A DNA stretch of 64,000 nt from an uncultured Actinomycetota bacterium (GTDB lineage Bacteria; Actinomycetota; Actinomycetes; Mycobacteriales; Mycobacteriaceae). Of this stretch, positions 1 through 10,577 are shown piece after piece. The stretch spans positions 5,794 to 69,793 of the forward strand of contig CAWBYS010000018.1 of assembly GCA_963793055.1 (NCBI GenBank), read 5' to 3'. Numbering within the stretch: position 1 is the first letter of the stretch; each line of letters starts with the position of its first letter. The position numbers and the translations under genes were made by a program. The notes beneath the pieces are model-generated. The model was not told the origin of the DNA. It did not search any database and worked only from the letters and a program-made list of their open reading frames with translations.

Positions 1-882
1 CAAGCGGACATCGCCACGGCCGGGGTTCCACCCGAGGCGCTCAAGCAGGTGCTCACGCGGTACCCGACCCAGACGCACCCGTACACCCCGGCCGTGACCT
101 TCTACTACTTCATGAACACTCAGGCGCCGCCGTTCGACGATGTCCGCGTGCGCCGGGCACTCAACTACGCAGCTGATCGGGCCGAGATCGTCCGCCTGGT
201 GGGCGGGGACAACGTCGCGCTGATCACCTGCCAGGCGTTCCCGCCCAACCTCCCTGGCTACCAGCAGTACTGCCCCTACACGACAAACCCGGGGCCGGGC
301 GGAACGGCCCCTGGACAGGCCCCGATATGCCTCGTGCACGGCAGCTGGTCGAAGACTCGGGCACAGCCGGCATGAAGGTCACCCTCGACCGGCCAGCCGG
401 CGCCGACAACCGCAACCTGCAACCCGCCCTCGCGGCATACATCGCCCGCCTCTTGCGCTCGCTCGGCTACGAGGTCGCGATCAAGCACCTTCCTCTCGAG
501 CAGTACTTCGCCAACGATCAGCAAGGCAGACTCGACACAGATCGGAACCACCGGCTGGATCCCAGACTTCACCACACCGAGCGGGTTTTTCAACCGAGCG
601 TGGAGCTGCGACAACTTCGCCCCGGGCTCGTGAAAACGCCAACCCTTCAGCCTTCTGCGATCCAGCCATCGACCGGAAGGCCGACCGTGCGAGATCACTC
701 CAAGCCAGAACCCGGCCGCCGCAAACAAGCTCTGGGCACAGGTCGACCGGATGTTCACCGACCAGGCACCATGGCTCGCCCTAGTCAATCCGCGGGGCAC
801 AGACCTCGTCTCCGCCCGCGTCGGCAACTACCAGCGCCATCTCCAATGGGGTGTGCTGCTCGACCAGCTCTGGGTGGTCTAA
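1..882 (+). CDS. ABC transporter substrate-binding protein (family 5, C-terminal part), partial at window edge, frameshifted
   Basis: Pieces in three frames: FYYFMNTQAPPFDDVRVRRALNYAADR (49-375), YIARLLRSLGYEV (327-911 frame), and ALWAQVDRMFTDQAPWLALVNPRGTDLVSARVGNYQRHLQWGVLLDQLWVV ending TAA 880-882; shifts near 310 and 540. Confidence 0.8.
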
Positions 883-954
883 CCGCCGGATGGTGGGCGA
901 GCGGGCTATGAGGTGTGCCGCCGCGTCCGTGATGCCGACCGGGTGAACGACCCA

Positions 955-1072
955 TGGGATCCGGGCATCCCAATCATCATGCTCAGCGCGAAGGCCGAGA
1001 GCACGGATCGCGTGCGCGGTCTGCAGCGCGGCTGAGCGACTACGTGACGAAGCCGTTCCACTACCTGGAGGT
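955..1072 (+). pseudogene. Response-regulator receiver domain fragment
   Basis: Reads GIPIIMLSAKAESTDRVRGLQRG then, after a shift, DYVTKPFHYLE; no N-terminal half or output domain. Confidence 0.6.
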
Positions 1073-1317
1073 GCCGCCGCCGTGGAGATGGCCATTGGGG
1101 CGGGCGAGTTGGTGCATATCACCTGGCCGCCCGCGTTGGGTTCGCCGCCGGAAGGTGCCAGCTTTCTGAGGATCATTCTCGTCGCGTACTCAATCCGGGC
1201 AGGTGCTGGGTTTCCGACCAGGCCAACATGGACTATGGGACGGGTGGAGAGGTAAGTTCGGTCGATACTGACACGACCCGCGCTCGGCGCAGCGGGCTAT
1301 CAAGGGGCACCAGCTCT

Positions 1318-1490
1318 GACCGTCCGGATCGCGGCGGCCGAGGCGGTCGAGATCCTGGGCGTGGCGCTGGGTTCTGAAGATGGCGGAGCGGGGCATGCTC
1401 GAGTACGAGCTGTATCCCGTGGCCGCGTGGTCACATGCGCGGGGAGTCGTCAACATCGTCCGAGCCGCGCGCACACGAGAAACCCGATAG
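1318..1490 (+). pseudogene. Possible excisionase-like helix-turn-helix remnant
   Basis: AAAEAVEILGVA then, in another frame, VLKMAERGMLEY resembles HTH_17-type pattern; no clear start. Confidence 0.25.
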
Positions 1491-1494
1491 AGGC

Positions 1495-3578
1495 TCAAGC
1501 GGAGGGTGAGACGGCGACGGATTCGCCGTCGGCGACGACGTCGAACCGACTCCCGATCGCCGACATCCCCCGCAGCTCGACCGACTGCGGCAGTGACGCT
1601 GGCCGTTCGGACAGCAGCCGCCCGCTGTGGCGGTCGGGCCGGAGGTCGAGTAGGGCGGTGATGATCAGGAGCGGAGCGCCGGCTGCCCAGGCCTGCGGCG
1701 AGCAGGCGGTCGGATACGAGACGGGAAAAGGCGTCTTGTCCCGCCCGTAGCCAGCGAACACCTCAGGCATCCGGTGGTCGAAGTACTCGGCCGCCTCCAG
1801 CATCGCCGTGCCGATCTGTACCGCCTCCGCGTGGAAGCCGTAGCGCATCAGGCCGCCGACCGCGATCGCCGTGTCGTGAGGCCAGACTGTGCCGGTGTGG
1901 TGAGCCGATGGGAATGAACCCGCGATCGTCGCTCGACATCGTCCGCACTCCCCATCCGCTGAAGAGCGCGGCGATGTGGGCCTGGTCGGCGCACTCGCGA
2001 GCCCGCTCGTCAGGCACGATGCCGCTCCACAGCAGGTGGCCGACAGCCGAGCTGAGACAGTCGATCTGGCGGCCCTCGTGGTCGAGGCCGAGGCGCATAG
2101 AAGCGGCTGCCGTTCCGGCACCCGTGAACCGCTCCTCGAAGCGCTGCTGCAGCTCTGCGGCCTCACACCGCAGCTCGGCAGCAAGGCCGTCGTCCTGCCA
2201 CACCTCGTCGGCCAGCTCGGCCATGCGCATGCGGGCGTCAAACGCATAGCCCTGCACCTCCGCGGGGGCGATCGGCGACGTGGCGATCGTCCCGTCGTGG
2301 AAGCGCATGGAGTCCCACGAGTCGCGCCACGACTGGGTCTCGAGGCCTCGCGGTGACCGCCGGTGGTACTCGATCAACCCGTCGCCGTTCAGATCGGCGT
2401 GGCTGCGCATCCATTCCAGTGCACGCATCGCCGCCGGACGCAGCCGCTCGACGACCGATCGGTCTCCCCCCCACCGGTATGCCTCGGACAACACGATCAG
2501 GAACAGCACCGTCGCGTCCACCGTTCCGTAATACGGAAAGATGTTGTCTGTCAAAGCGACACGGCCAAGTCGGGACCTCGTGGACGATCTTTCCAGGCTC
2601 GGCATCGCGGGCGTCGTCCCACGTCTCGGCCTGGAGCGCCGCCAGCGCGTTGAGCGTCCCGGTGGCGAGGTCGGGGCCGAGCATCATCGTCTCGTAGGAC
2701 GTGATCAGCGTGTCACGGCCGAACACAGTCATGAACCAGGGCAGCCCCGCGGCCGGCAGGTCGGTCGTGACCTCGGTGCCGCGTGGCGGCGACATCCGCA
2801 AGGCGGCAAGATCGGCCACTGAACGCCGAAACGTGCGCGCGAGCGTGTCCCACGGAGTCACGATCTCCGGCACGTGGAAACGCCAGGCTGCCAGCGAGCT
2901 TTCCACACGGGAACGCTCGTCACCGAAGTACGCGTCGCTGTAGCGGTCGCGCCGACGATCGTCATCCGCCAGGAGCACGACGTTCGTCTGGTTCTCCCAC
3001 TCGCATCCGGGGGCGAGCTCGATGCTGAACCGCACGCGATCGCCGCCGACCTCGCCGCGCTTCGACATCCACATCACGGTCTCCGCCTGGAAGGCACCGT
3101 CGGCGGCGCGGAACGTCCACGAGTTCTCCGCGGCGTCGTGGCGCCTGCCGACCTCGAGCTCGGGCCGCGGGCGGCCGGCGAACACGAGATCCTCACTGCG
3201 GTACTCGCCGGCCTTGACCTCGAACAGGTCGCGGAAGTCGCAGTCGAACACGAGCTCGATCTCGAGCTCAACCGGATCGATGAGGTGGTTCTCCACCACC
3301 ATCGTCGTCTGGAAGCTGCCGCTCGAGACGAAGACGTCGCGGCGAATTGACAGGGAGCCCGCCGGGAGGCCGCGCTGTTCGGCGTTCCGGAGGTAGATCG
3401 CGGCCGAGTAGTAGTTCACATTGCGCGCAGTGAGCCGTTCCGGAGCCTGACCGTTCACGAGCAGCCGCCACATCGAGACGTAGCGGGTATCCCGCCAGTA
3501 GAGCCCCTCATGGTGCTGGGTGGCGTCGCCGCGGTCGTCAGCGACGAAGAAGCAGTTGCCATCGAGGACTGTCAGCAC
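1495..3578 (-). CDS. Amylo-alpha-1,6-glucosidase / glycogen-debranching-type glycoside hydrolase, two frameshifts
   Basis: N-term VLTVLDGNCFFVADDRGD..GLYWRDTRY; AAGLPWFMTVFGRDTLI; DAEPGKIVHE; PYYGTVDATVLF; QSWRDSWDS; HTGTVWPHD; YPTACSPQAWAAG across ORFs 2238-3782, 1763-2605, 1495-2247; shifts near 2572 and 1903. Confidence 0.88.
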
Positions 3579-3588
3579 AAGAGTGAGG

Positions 3589-4734
3589 TCATCCAGCGGC
3601 AGCGGCACGGTCGGGAATGCATCGCCGCAGCGCCGCCACAAGGACTGTTTCATACTCAGAGACCATTGCGTCGGCAGAGAACCGCTCCGCCTGGACCCTG
3701 CAGGCCCGGCGGTCGATCGACGGAAGTTGCGCCGCCGCCGCCGCGAGCTCCATCGGTGTGTCGCGCACAAAGCCGGTAACACCGTCGAGCACGATCTCTG
3801 GTACAGCCCCGAGCGGGGTTGCCAGAACGGGAGTGCCAGCGGCCATCGCCTCGATCAGGACGAGGCCGAACGGCTCCGGCCACGCGATCGGGAAGACCAG
3901 CGCTCGCGCCGTGCTCAGCAGATCCGCCTTGCGAACCCTGTCGACCTCGCCGAGCCAGGTGACATGCTCGCCCAGTCGAGGCTGAATCTCGCACTCGAGG
4001 TATTCGAGCTCCTCAGGCTCACGGCACTTGGCGGCAAGAAGGATCGGCAGGCCCGTGGCCTCGGCGATATCGATAGCCCGCGAGGCACCCTTCTCCTCAC
4101 CCATACGGCCGAGGAACAGCAGGTGGTCTCCCAGCCGGTCGGAGAACGGCATCCGCCGTGGATCGAGGCCGTTGTGGCACACGGCCCCGAACTGCAATGG
4201 CGCCCACTGCTGTCGCTGATCGTTCGAAACCGCGATGAACTCGAGGCCCGGCATCACGGCGGCAAGCCGCAGGTAGCCCGCAAGGTGCTCCGCCTTGGGG
4301 GCACCATGAATGACGTGCATCACCGGCACCGATAGCCCGGCAAGCTGGCGCAGCGCGTCAGGACCGGGCGAATGATCGACCACGATGTCGCAGTCGGCCA
4401 GGACCTCCGCTGCCGCGGCCGCGTGACGCCGTGCGTACCCCGTGCTTCCCATCACAGGAGGCAGCTCGGCGAGCGGCGCTTCGACCGTCACGCCGAGCAA
4501 CCGCGACCCCGGCGCAGCCACCAGCGTCACGTCGTATCCCCGGCCGACGAGCCCAAGGGAAAGGTGCTCGACGACCTGCTCCGTGCCGCCATACCCGTTG
4601 GTCGGGATCGACATCCAGGGCGGAGCCACGATGCCGATTCGCGTAGTGGCCTGCGACCGGCCGTCGAACGCGGCGGGCACTCGAGTCACGCGTCTCGGCG
4701 TCGCGGCCTCACGGCCGCGGGTCACGATTTCCAT
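3589..4734 (-). CDS. Glycosyltransferase family 4 (GT-B)
   Basis: IGIVAPPW..P..GYGGTE; LLFLGRMGEEKG; FPIAWPEPFGLVLIEAMAAGTPV; ATG 4734 preceded by AGGAAGAGAG. Confidence 0.92.
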   Translation of the reverse strand: MEIVTRGREAATPRRVTRVPAAFDGRSQATTRIGIVAPPWMSIPTNGYGGTEQVVEHLSLGLVGRGYDVTLVAAPGSRLLGVTVEAPLAELPPVMGSTGYARRHAAAAAEVLADCDIVVDHSPGPDALRQLAGLSVPVMHVIHGAPKAEHLAGYLRLAAVMPGLEFIAVSNDQRQQWAPLQFGAVCHNGLDPRRMPFSDRLGDHLLFLGRMGEEKGASRAIDIAEATGLPILLAAKCREPEELEYLECEIQPRLGEHVTWLGEVDRVRKADLLSTARALVFPIAWPEPFGLVLIEAMAAGTPVLATPLGAVPEIVLDGVTGFVRDTPMELAAAAAQLPSIDRRACRVQAERFSADAMVSEYETVLVAALRRCIPDRAAAAG

Positions 4735-5215
4735 GTCGTGCTCTCTTCCTGTCGATCCAGGGCGCCGTCGCGTGTCCGGCTGGTCCATCAACTGCCCTGA
4801 AAGAGGCAAGAGACTCGCGAACGTGCATGCAGACGACAGGGTGCACACCCAAGTCGGCGTCCACGCACCCGGAGTCTGCCACACTGGCGTTGGCGTCTCG
4901 TATGAGACGATCGCCGGTCGCCGTGGTCGGCACCTGAGCCGGCCCGGACAGACCGAGCAAGACGACCACGAGCGACTCCAAGCGGAAGGTTAGCTGCAAA
5001 ACGCCGAGTTCTGTGCGACAGCTAGGAGCGTCCAACCGCACCGTCCGGAAGCAAGTCCGTACGCGCACGGGCGGGTCGATCACCGACCATCATCGCTTCG
5101 GCCACGCCGACTCCGCCGTGGAGCCCTGGTGCGACCCTTGCCATCGCACCGCGAACGGCCCTTCGGTTCAAGACGGCATCGATTTCGCTTGGTTTCGGCA
5201 GGCGCAAGCTCGCTT

Positions 5216-5542
5216 TTATTGGCTGTTGTCACCTACGGTGGCGAGCAGGCATATCGCCGCGGGTATGACGAACGTCGGCCACGCCGCGAGCGCAGGGCCC
5301 CACAGGGGTCGTGGCCGGTGACGCAGATACAGGTATATGGCCTTGAACACAACAGCCATCACATACGCCGATAAAGCGGCGCCCAGCGTACCGCCGATTC
5401 CTTCGGCGACTGTGTAGCTGCTGGACGAAACTGTGCCTGCGGGGTAAGCGGTGAACAGGAGCAGTGCGACGCCGGGGATGACCCCGATGAGGGACGGGCG
5501 ATAGGGCCGGCCCGAATCCGTTTCGACGCCCCAAGAGCTCAC
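5216..5542 (-). CDS. Hypothetical membrane protein (about 3 TM segments), 3' end uncertain
   Basis: 108-aa ORF with three hydrophobic stretches. Confidence 0.5.
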   Translation of the reverse strand: MSSWGVETDSGRPYRPSLIGVIPGVALLLFTAYPAGTVSSSSYTVAEGIGGTLGAALSAYVMAVVFKAIYLYLRHRPRPLWGPALAAWPTFVIPAAICLLATVGDNSQ

Positions 5543-5602
5543 TGGGCGGCCTCGTCACAGGCTCAGCAACCAGAGGTGGGAGGGGCGGTCATCTTGCAGA
5601 AC

Positions 5603-6574
5603 CTAGCTGTCCTGCCTCAGGAGGTTGGGGGCGCGGCTGATTGGTGGGTGTCCGTCGAGTGCGCTGTGGGGGCGCTGCTCGTTGTAGTGGCGCAGCCAGT
5701 ATGTCAGCGCGTCGGCTCTGTGCTCGCTTGAGCGGTAGACCTGGCCGAGCGCCCATTCGCGTTTCAGGGTCTGCTGGTAGCGCTCGACCTTGCCGTTGAC
5801 CTGCGGCCGGCGGGGTGGGATCAGCAGATGCCTGATGTCGTGCGCGGCAAGCAGCGCTGCCAGCGACCGGTTACGCGTGTACGCCCAGGCGTTGTCTGAC
5901 ATCAACCGTTTGGGCGTGATGCCCAAGCTCGCGAAGAATGCCAGGCCGCGCTGGACAACCGCGGTGACGGTGGCGGCAGTCTCGTCCGGGTGCAGCTCGC
6001 TGTAGGCCAGTCGCGAGTGATCATCGACGAGGCTGTGCACCCATTCATAACCGACCCGCTCACGCCGCTGTGCGCTGGTCTTGTGACGGTCGCCGGTGAC
6101 GGCGTGACCGGGCCTGGTGAACCGGGCGAACCGTTTTGTGTCGATATGCAGCAAATCTCCCGGACACGGCCACTCATACCGCCGTGGCGTATCACGCGGC
6201 GTCGCCGCCGGCCGCGACAGACCGGCACGGCGCAGACAGCGCCACACCGTCGCATGAGGATGACCGGTCTCCCCGGCGAGCAGCCGCGGCCCCCAACCGG
6301 TGCGCTGCCGCGCCTGACAGATCCGCTCAGCGTCGGCGGGTGGCACCTGCCTGGGCGACGTATGCGGCCGAGACGATCGGTCACAGAAACACCGACCAGA
6401 CCGACGATCCTCATCACTCGCCTGCCGATAGCGGTCGACCCACCGCTTCACCGTCGTCTTCCCAACCCCGCAGCGCGCGGCCGCCTGACGCTGCGACAAC
6501 CGGTCACACACAACCAGCAGGGTCATCGCCCGCCGACCAGCAGGGCCGAGCTTCGCGTTACCGTGCAACCCCAT
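5603..6574 (-). CDS. IS481-family DDE transposase
   Basis: HGNAKLGPAGR N-term, HTH, DRSSRPHTSP, PGDLLHIDTK, VDDHSRLAY, LMSDNA, QVNGKVERY, YNEQRPHSAL; SD GAAGGAGG upstream of ATG 6574. Confidence 0.95.
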   Translation of the reverse strand: MGLHGNAKLGPAGRRAMTLLVVCDRLSQRQAAARCGVGKTTVKRWVDRYRQASDEDRRSGRCFCDRSSRPHTSPRQVPPADAERICQARQRTGWGPRLLAGETGHPHATVWRCLRRAGLSRPAATPRDTPRRYEWPCPGDLLHIDTKRFARFTRPGHAVTGDRHKTSAQRRERVGYEWVHSLVDDHSRLAYSELHPDETAATVTAVVQRGLAFFASLGITPKRLMSDNAWAYTRNRSLAALLAAHDIRHLLIPPRRPQVNGKVERYQQTLKREWALGQVYRSSEHRADALTYWLRHYNEQRPHSALDGHPPISRAPNLLRQDS

Positions 6575-6674
6575 CCGGGATCCTCCTTCGAGTCCGTGAG
6601 CCTTCGCAGACCCACAGCCTCGAAGGAGGCCCGGATGGACTACCCAACCGGTCCCAACGACCTGAGGCACGTCA
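5608..6674 (-). mobile_element. Complete IS481-family insertion sequence with 6-bp target duplication CCTAGC
   Basis: Imperfect terminal IRs TGTCCTGCCTCAGGAGGTTGGG (5608-) and reverse complement TGACGTGCCTCAGGTCGTTGGG (-6674); direct repeat CCTAGC at 5602-5607 and 6675-6680. Confidence 0.93.
6571..6638 (-). promoter_or_regulatory. Stem-loop covering transposase SD and start codon
   Basis: On minus strand CCATCCGGGCCTCCTTCGAG pairs with CTCGAAGGAGG(AT)CCCGGATGG. Confidence 0.75.
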
Positions 6675-6760
6675 CCTAGCCTGTGGGCTCAGCGCAGATG
6701 GGAAGATTGGCGTAGGCTCGGCCGTCGGGTTATCACCACTACCTGGGGAGGTAGATCACG

Positions 6761-7432
6761 ATGAAACGGCTCCGCATCAGCCCCTCCTTCGTCATCTCGC
6801 TGTTTGCACTGTTCGTCGCGCTCGGCGGTACGGCGTGGGCGGCCACCGGCGGCAACTTCATCCTCGGCAAGGCAAACAGTGCGAACGCCAAGACAACGCT
6901 GACCGGAACGAACGCTGGTCCGGCGTTGGCGCTTTCGAACACGACGACGGGAACGGCAGCAACGGCGCTCAACCTAAACGTGGCATCAGGACACGCGCCA
7001 TTGACGACCAACTCGTCTACGGTCGTCAAGAACCTGAACGCGGACAAGGTCGACGGCCTGGACGCCGCGCAGCTCAAGACGCACGTCGATCTGGCATGGA
7101 CGACAACCGGACCGTTCACGAACGCGCAGACCACGTTCACCAGCAATGGCGGCCCGCTGCTGATCACACTGAACGGCTCCGCCTACGGCGACATCACCGG
7201 ACAGGTCTTGGTGGTCTGCGCCTACATCGATGGCGCAGAATCCGGGGCGTGCGGGGAGATCGCAGAGAACGAAGCGCTCAGCCACAAGGCGCTCGTCCCG
7301 GTCAAGATCTCCAACGGGTTCACGCCGGCTGCGGGCCAGCACACCGTCACGCTGAAAGCCTTCCCGGGATATGACCACACGAAGTCGGACAGCTACGACG
7401 TCTACAACGTGACGATCCTGGAACTGCCCTGA
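6761..7432 (+). CDS. Secreted hypothetical protein
   Basis: SD GGGGAGGT; signal peptide MKRLRISPSFVISLFALFVALGGTAWA; VKNLNADKVDGLD motif; beta-rich C-terminal domain; strong GC3 bias. Confidence 0.85.
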   Translation: MKRLRISPSFVISLFALFVALGGTAWAATGGNFILGKANSANAKTTLTGTNAGPALALSNTTTGTAATALNLNVASGHAPLTTNSSTVVKNLNADKVDGLDAAQLKTHVDLAWTTTGPFTNAQTTFTSNGGPLLITLNGSAYGDITGQVLVVCAYIDGAESGACGEIAENEALSHKALVPVKISNGFTPAAGQHTVTLKAFPGYDHTKSDSYDVYNVTILELP

Positions 7433-7449
7433 ACCGCAGAAACGGCGAA

Positions 7450-9546
7450 CGCCCCGCGGCTGGGAGCACGGCCGTCGCGATGTTCTCTGCGGTCCGCGGC
7501 ATGACACCGGAGCCGAGGAGCACCGCGAACTCGTCGCCGCCGAGACGGGCGATGGTGTCGCCCGCGCGGGTCACCAACGCGAGCCGTCCGGCCAAGTCGG
7601 CGAGCAGCTGATCGCCGGCGGCATGACCGAGCGCGTCGTTCACGGCCTTGAAGTCGTCGATGTCCATCAGCAGGACGGCAATCGGACTCGTTCCACGTTC
7701 GGCCTGGCGCAAGGTGAGGTCGAGGCGGTCGAGGAACAACGTCCGATTCGCGAGCCCGGTCAATGCGTCGTGCAGTCCCTGGTAGGCGAAGTCCTTCTCG
7801 GCCTGCATGCGGTCGGTGATGTCCAGCACCGTCCCGATGACGGCCGGCCGTGTCCCGTCAGCCTCCGGAAGCGACTCCGCCCGGACGTGGACCCAGCGAA
7901 CGTGTCCGCCCGGCGCCAGCAACCGATGTACGAGATCCACCCTCACGCCCGCCTCGACACCGGCCTGCATCGCCGCGCCGAGCGCCTGCCGATCGTCGGG
8001 ATGTACCACGTCCAGGAGCGTCCCCATTGCGAGATGCGAAACCACGGGGATCCGAAGAATCCGACACAGCTCCGCGGACGGGTAGACCACCAGGCTCGCC
8101 GTGTCTTGTTCGAAACTGCCCACCCCTGCGACCCGCTGTGCCTCTTCCAGGCGCGTGCGTTCCCTCTCCGCCGTTGCTTCGGCGCGCTTGCGTTGTTCGA
8201 TGTCCTGCATGTTCAGCACGACTCCCCGCACCGCGGGGTCCTCGAGCAGGTTCGTCGCGTGCACTTCGACCCATCCGAAGCTCCGATCGCGACGCCGCAA
8301 CCGAAGCTCCACCGTCACCGATCGACCGTCGGTGGCGCGCCGCGCCCGTTCGAGGAACGATGTCGCCAGGACCGCATCATCAGGATGCACGAACTCGTGG
8401 AGCGCGGTGCTGATCGGCATGCCGAGGATGTCCTCTTGCGACCAGCCGATGACATGCTCGAGCTCCGGTGAGGCATCGGAGACCGTTCCGTCGTCGGCGA
8501 GTACCGCGAACCCGTCGCTCGAGTGCATCGCGAGCCCACGGAAGTATTGACCGGAACGCCTCAGCGCGACTTGGGCACTCTCGGCTTGATGATGGAGTCG
8601 GAGCATCCGCAACGAAACCAGCGCGAACAGACAGATCGAGGCGGTCATGAACGACACCCGGTCCAGCTTGCCGTTGACGTCATAGGCGATGACGACGACG
8701 GTGGGGATCGCAAGCACCGCGGCGGAGGCGGCAAGTAGCCGTCGCGGATCGACCGGTCGCTCCTCGCCCGTCGTCTCGGCGGGCGGCACCCGAACCGACG
8801 GATGCAAGGCGGCGAGCGCGATCAAGGCATACCCCAGCGGCCAGCTCGCATCGAGGATCGACCAAGATGTGAACGAGTTCGTCTGCTGAAGTATCGCGAA
8901 ACCGATGTCACCCGCAGTCACGATGGCCAATCCCAGGGCGAGGAAGACATGCGACATGAGCGGGATGCGGTCTGAGCAAGAGTTGAGCGATCAGAACCAG
9001 CAGCGCCGCGTCCATCACCGGATAGGCCAGGAGAATCACACGAGCCGCAAACGAGACGTCAGCTCGTCCCAAGGTCGGCGCCATCACGAGAGCCCACGAT
9101 GCGTACACCGCGGCCACGCCGATGATCGCCATGTCGAGGGCGCTGTCCGCGTTGCGCTGGCGGATCGCATCCCTCACCAGTCGCAAGGCGCCGAGGAGGA
9201 GCGTCGCGTACCCCGCGAGATAGAACCCGTCGGCAGGTGACACGGTCGGTGGCGATGCGTACGTGCCGTACACGAGATCGCCGGTGACCCAGATCGCGAT
9301 GGTCAGTGCGATCAGTGCCCACGGCCACAACGGCTTCGGCCGCCGGCGCCATATGGCGAGGACCAAGACCGCGACGGTCGCCCACATAGCCACGTTGTAG
9401 AGGTTGAAGAAGCGGCCGTTCCCAAGAGCGTTCGGCCGAACCGCCACCAGCAATGCCAGCGTCAGCGGTATCCCACCGAATACAAGCCAACGGCGTCGCA
9501 CCACACCGTCTGATCGACCGCGCCGTCGCTGCGAAAGAGGGGCCAT
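7450..9546 (-). CDS. Multi-TM sensor + PAS/PAC-PAS + GGDEF protein; one frameshift, C-terminally truncated
   Basis: TM region (ORF 8908-9546 joining 7347-8957 near 8965), VHPDD PAS motifs, HDALTGLANR, MDIDDFKAVNDALGHAAGD, RLGGDEFAVLL; domain breaks off after about 20 more residues and runs into the convergent gene. Confidence 0.85.
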
Positions 9547-9709
9547 TCGATCCGCTCCCGGCGCTCGTGCGTGTGGCGAACGTCAGCAGTTCCAGAGCGA
9601 CTCGGATGGCCCGCCGGGGCACGGCAGCGTGACGTGATCGTCACCGCTGAGATACATCAGGCGGATCGCATCCCTGCCGACCACCGACCCGTATCACGGC
9701 CGCCGCGTA

Positions 9710-10297
9710 GCCGACTACCTCGTCAACCGACTGCGTGGGAAGAGGTCAGTCGTGTACGACGTCGCCATACGAGAGATACCCGAGCGGAGCGTGCTCTGCC
9801 TGAAGCGCAATGTCGACGAACAGGGCGCGTGGGTGCTCGGCAAGGAGTTCATCGCGATCCTGCGCGAGCGACCGCTGCCGAAGATGGATGGGCGAGAAGG
9901 CGCGATGTTCTGCATCTACTGGGGTGAGGTGAGTGCCGACAGCGACGGCCCGGTCGAGTGGTGCAAGCCGATCCCGGACTCGGACGCGAAGGCGCTTGCG
10001 TCGCATTACCCGGAGTTGACCTTACGGACTGAACCCGCACATCGCGAGGCATACGTCGCGCTGCCGAACGACGCGCTTCCGGCCGGCCCGGGTGGGAACC
10101 CAGGCGTGCAATGGCAGATCGCGTCGGAGGCTTTGGAGGCCTGGGCGGAGGAACGCGGCATCAACCCTGAAGAGCTCGAACTCAAGCACGAAGACCTCGG
10201 AGTCCGGATCACCTACCTCGCGAGCGAGCCGGTTACCGAGACGAGCGCCCCCTACTGCGACTTCGCGGTGCCGTTCACCGGTCAGTCACGCGGGTGA
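9710..10297 (+). CDS. MerR-family regulator C-terminal (GyrI-like effector) part; N-terminal HTH missing
   Basis: Frame open upstream of GTG 9752 as ADYLVNRLRGKRSVVYDVAIREIPERS; FCIYWGEVSADSDGPVEWCKP; LRTEPAHREAY; CDFAVP. Confidence 0.7.
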   Translation, partial: ADYLVNRLRGKRSVVYDVAIREIPERSVLCLKRNVDEQGAWVLGKEFIAILRERPLPKMDGREGAMFCIYWGEVSADSDGPVEWCKPIPDSDAKALASHYPELTLRTEPAHREAYVALPNDALPAGPGGNPGVQWQIASEALEAWAEERGINPEELELKHEDLGVRITYLASEPVTETSAPYCDFAVPFTGQSRG

Positions 10298-10372
10298 CGG
10301 CGGTTGTCAGAGCCGAGTCGTTGACCAAGCGCTTCGGTGAGGTCTCCGCGGTCACGGATCTGTCATTTTCAT
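10294..10372 (+). CDS. N-terminal fragment of ABC transporter ATP-binding protein
   Basis: GTGA overlap with upstream gene; MTAVVRAESLTKRFGEVSAVTDLSFS then loss of homology before Walker A. Confidence 0.7.
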
Positions 10373-10577
10373 GCCACAGCGCTCGGCGGAGGCGTCCGCC
10401 GGCCAGTCGTGGTCGTCGTGGCGAGTCTCTGTGCGACGGTTGTGTTCGATCTGTGCTCGCGCCGATCGTTCAGTTGTCGGCGGCTTGAGTATCTCTTGAG
10501 AACCCGGCGGTCTTGCTCACGTCGCCGGTTGGGGAGCCCGAAGAAGGTTCCGCAACGGACACGAAGAGGAGAGGCGG

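Noticed and set aside
4735-5215. ORFs between the GT4 gene and the membrane protein
   Set aside because: No coherent protein-like frame; may hide another junction but I cannot place it
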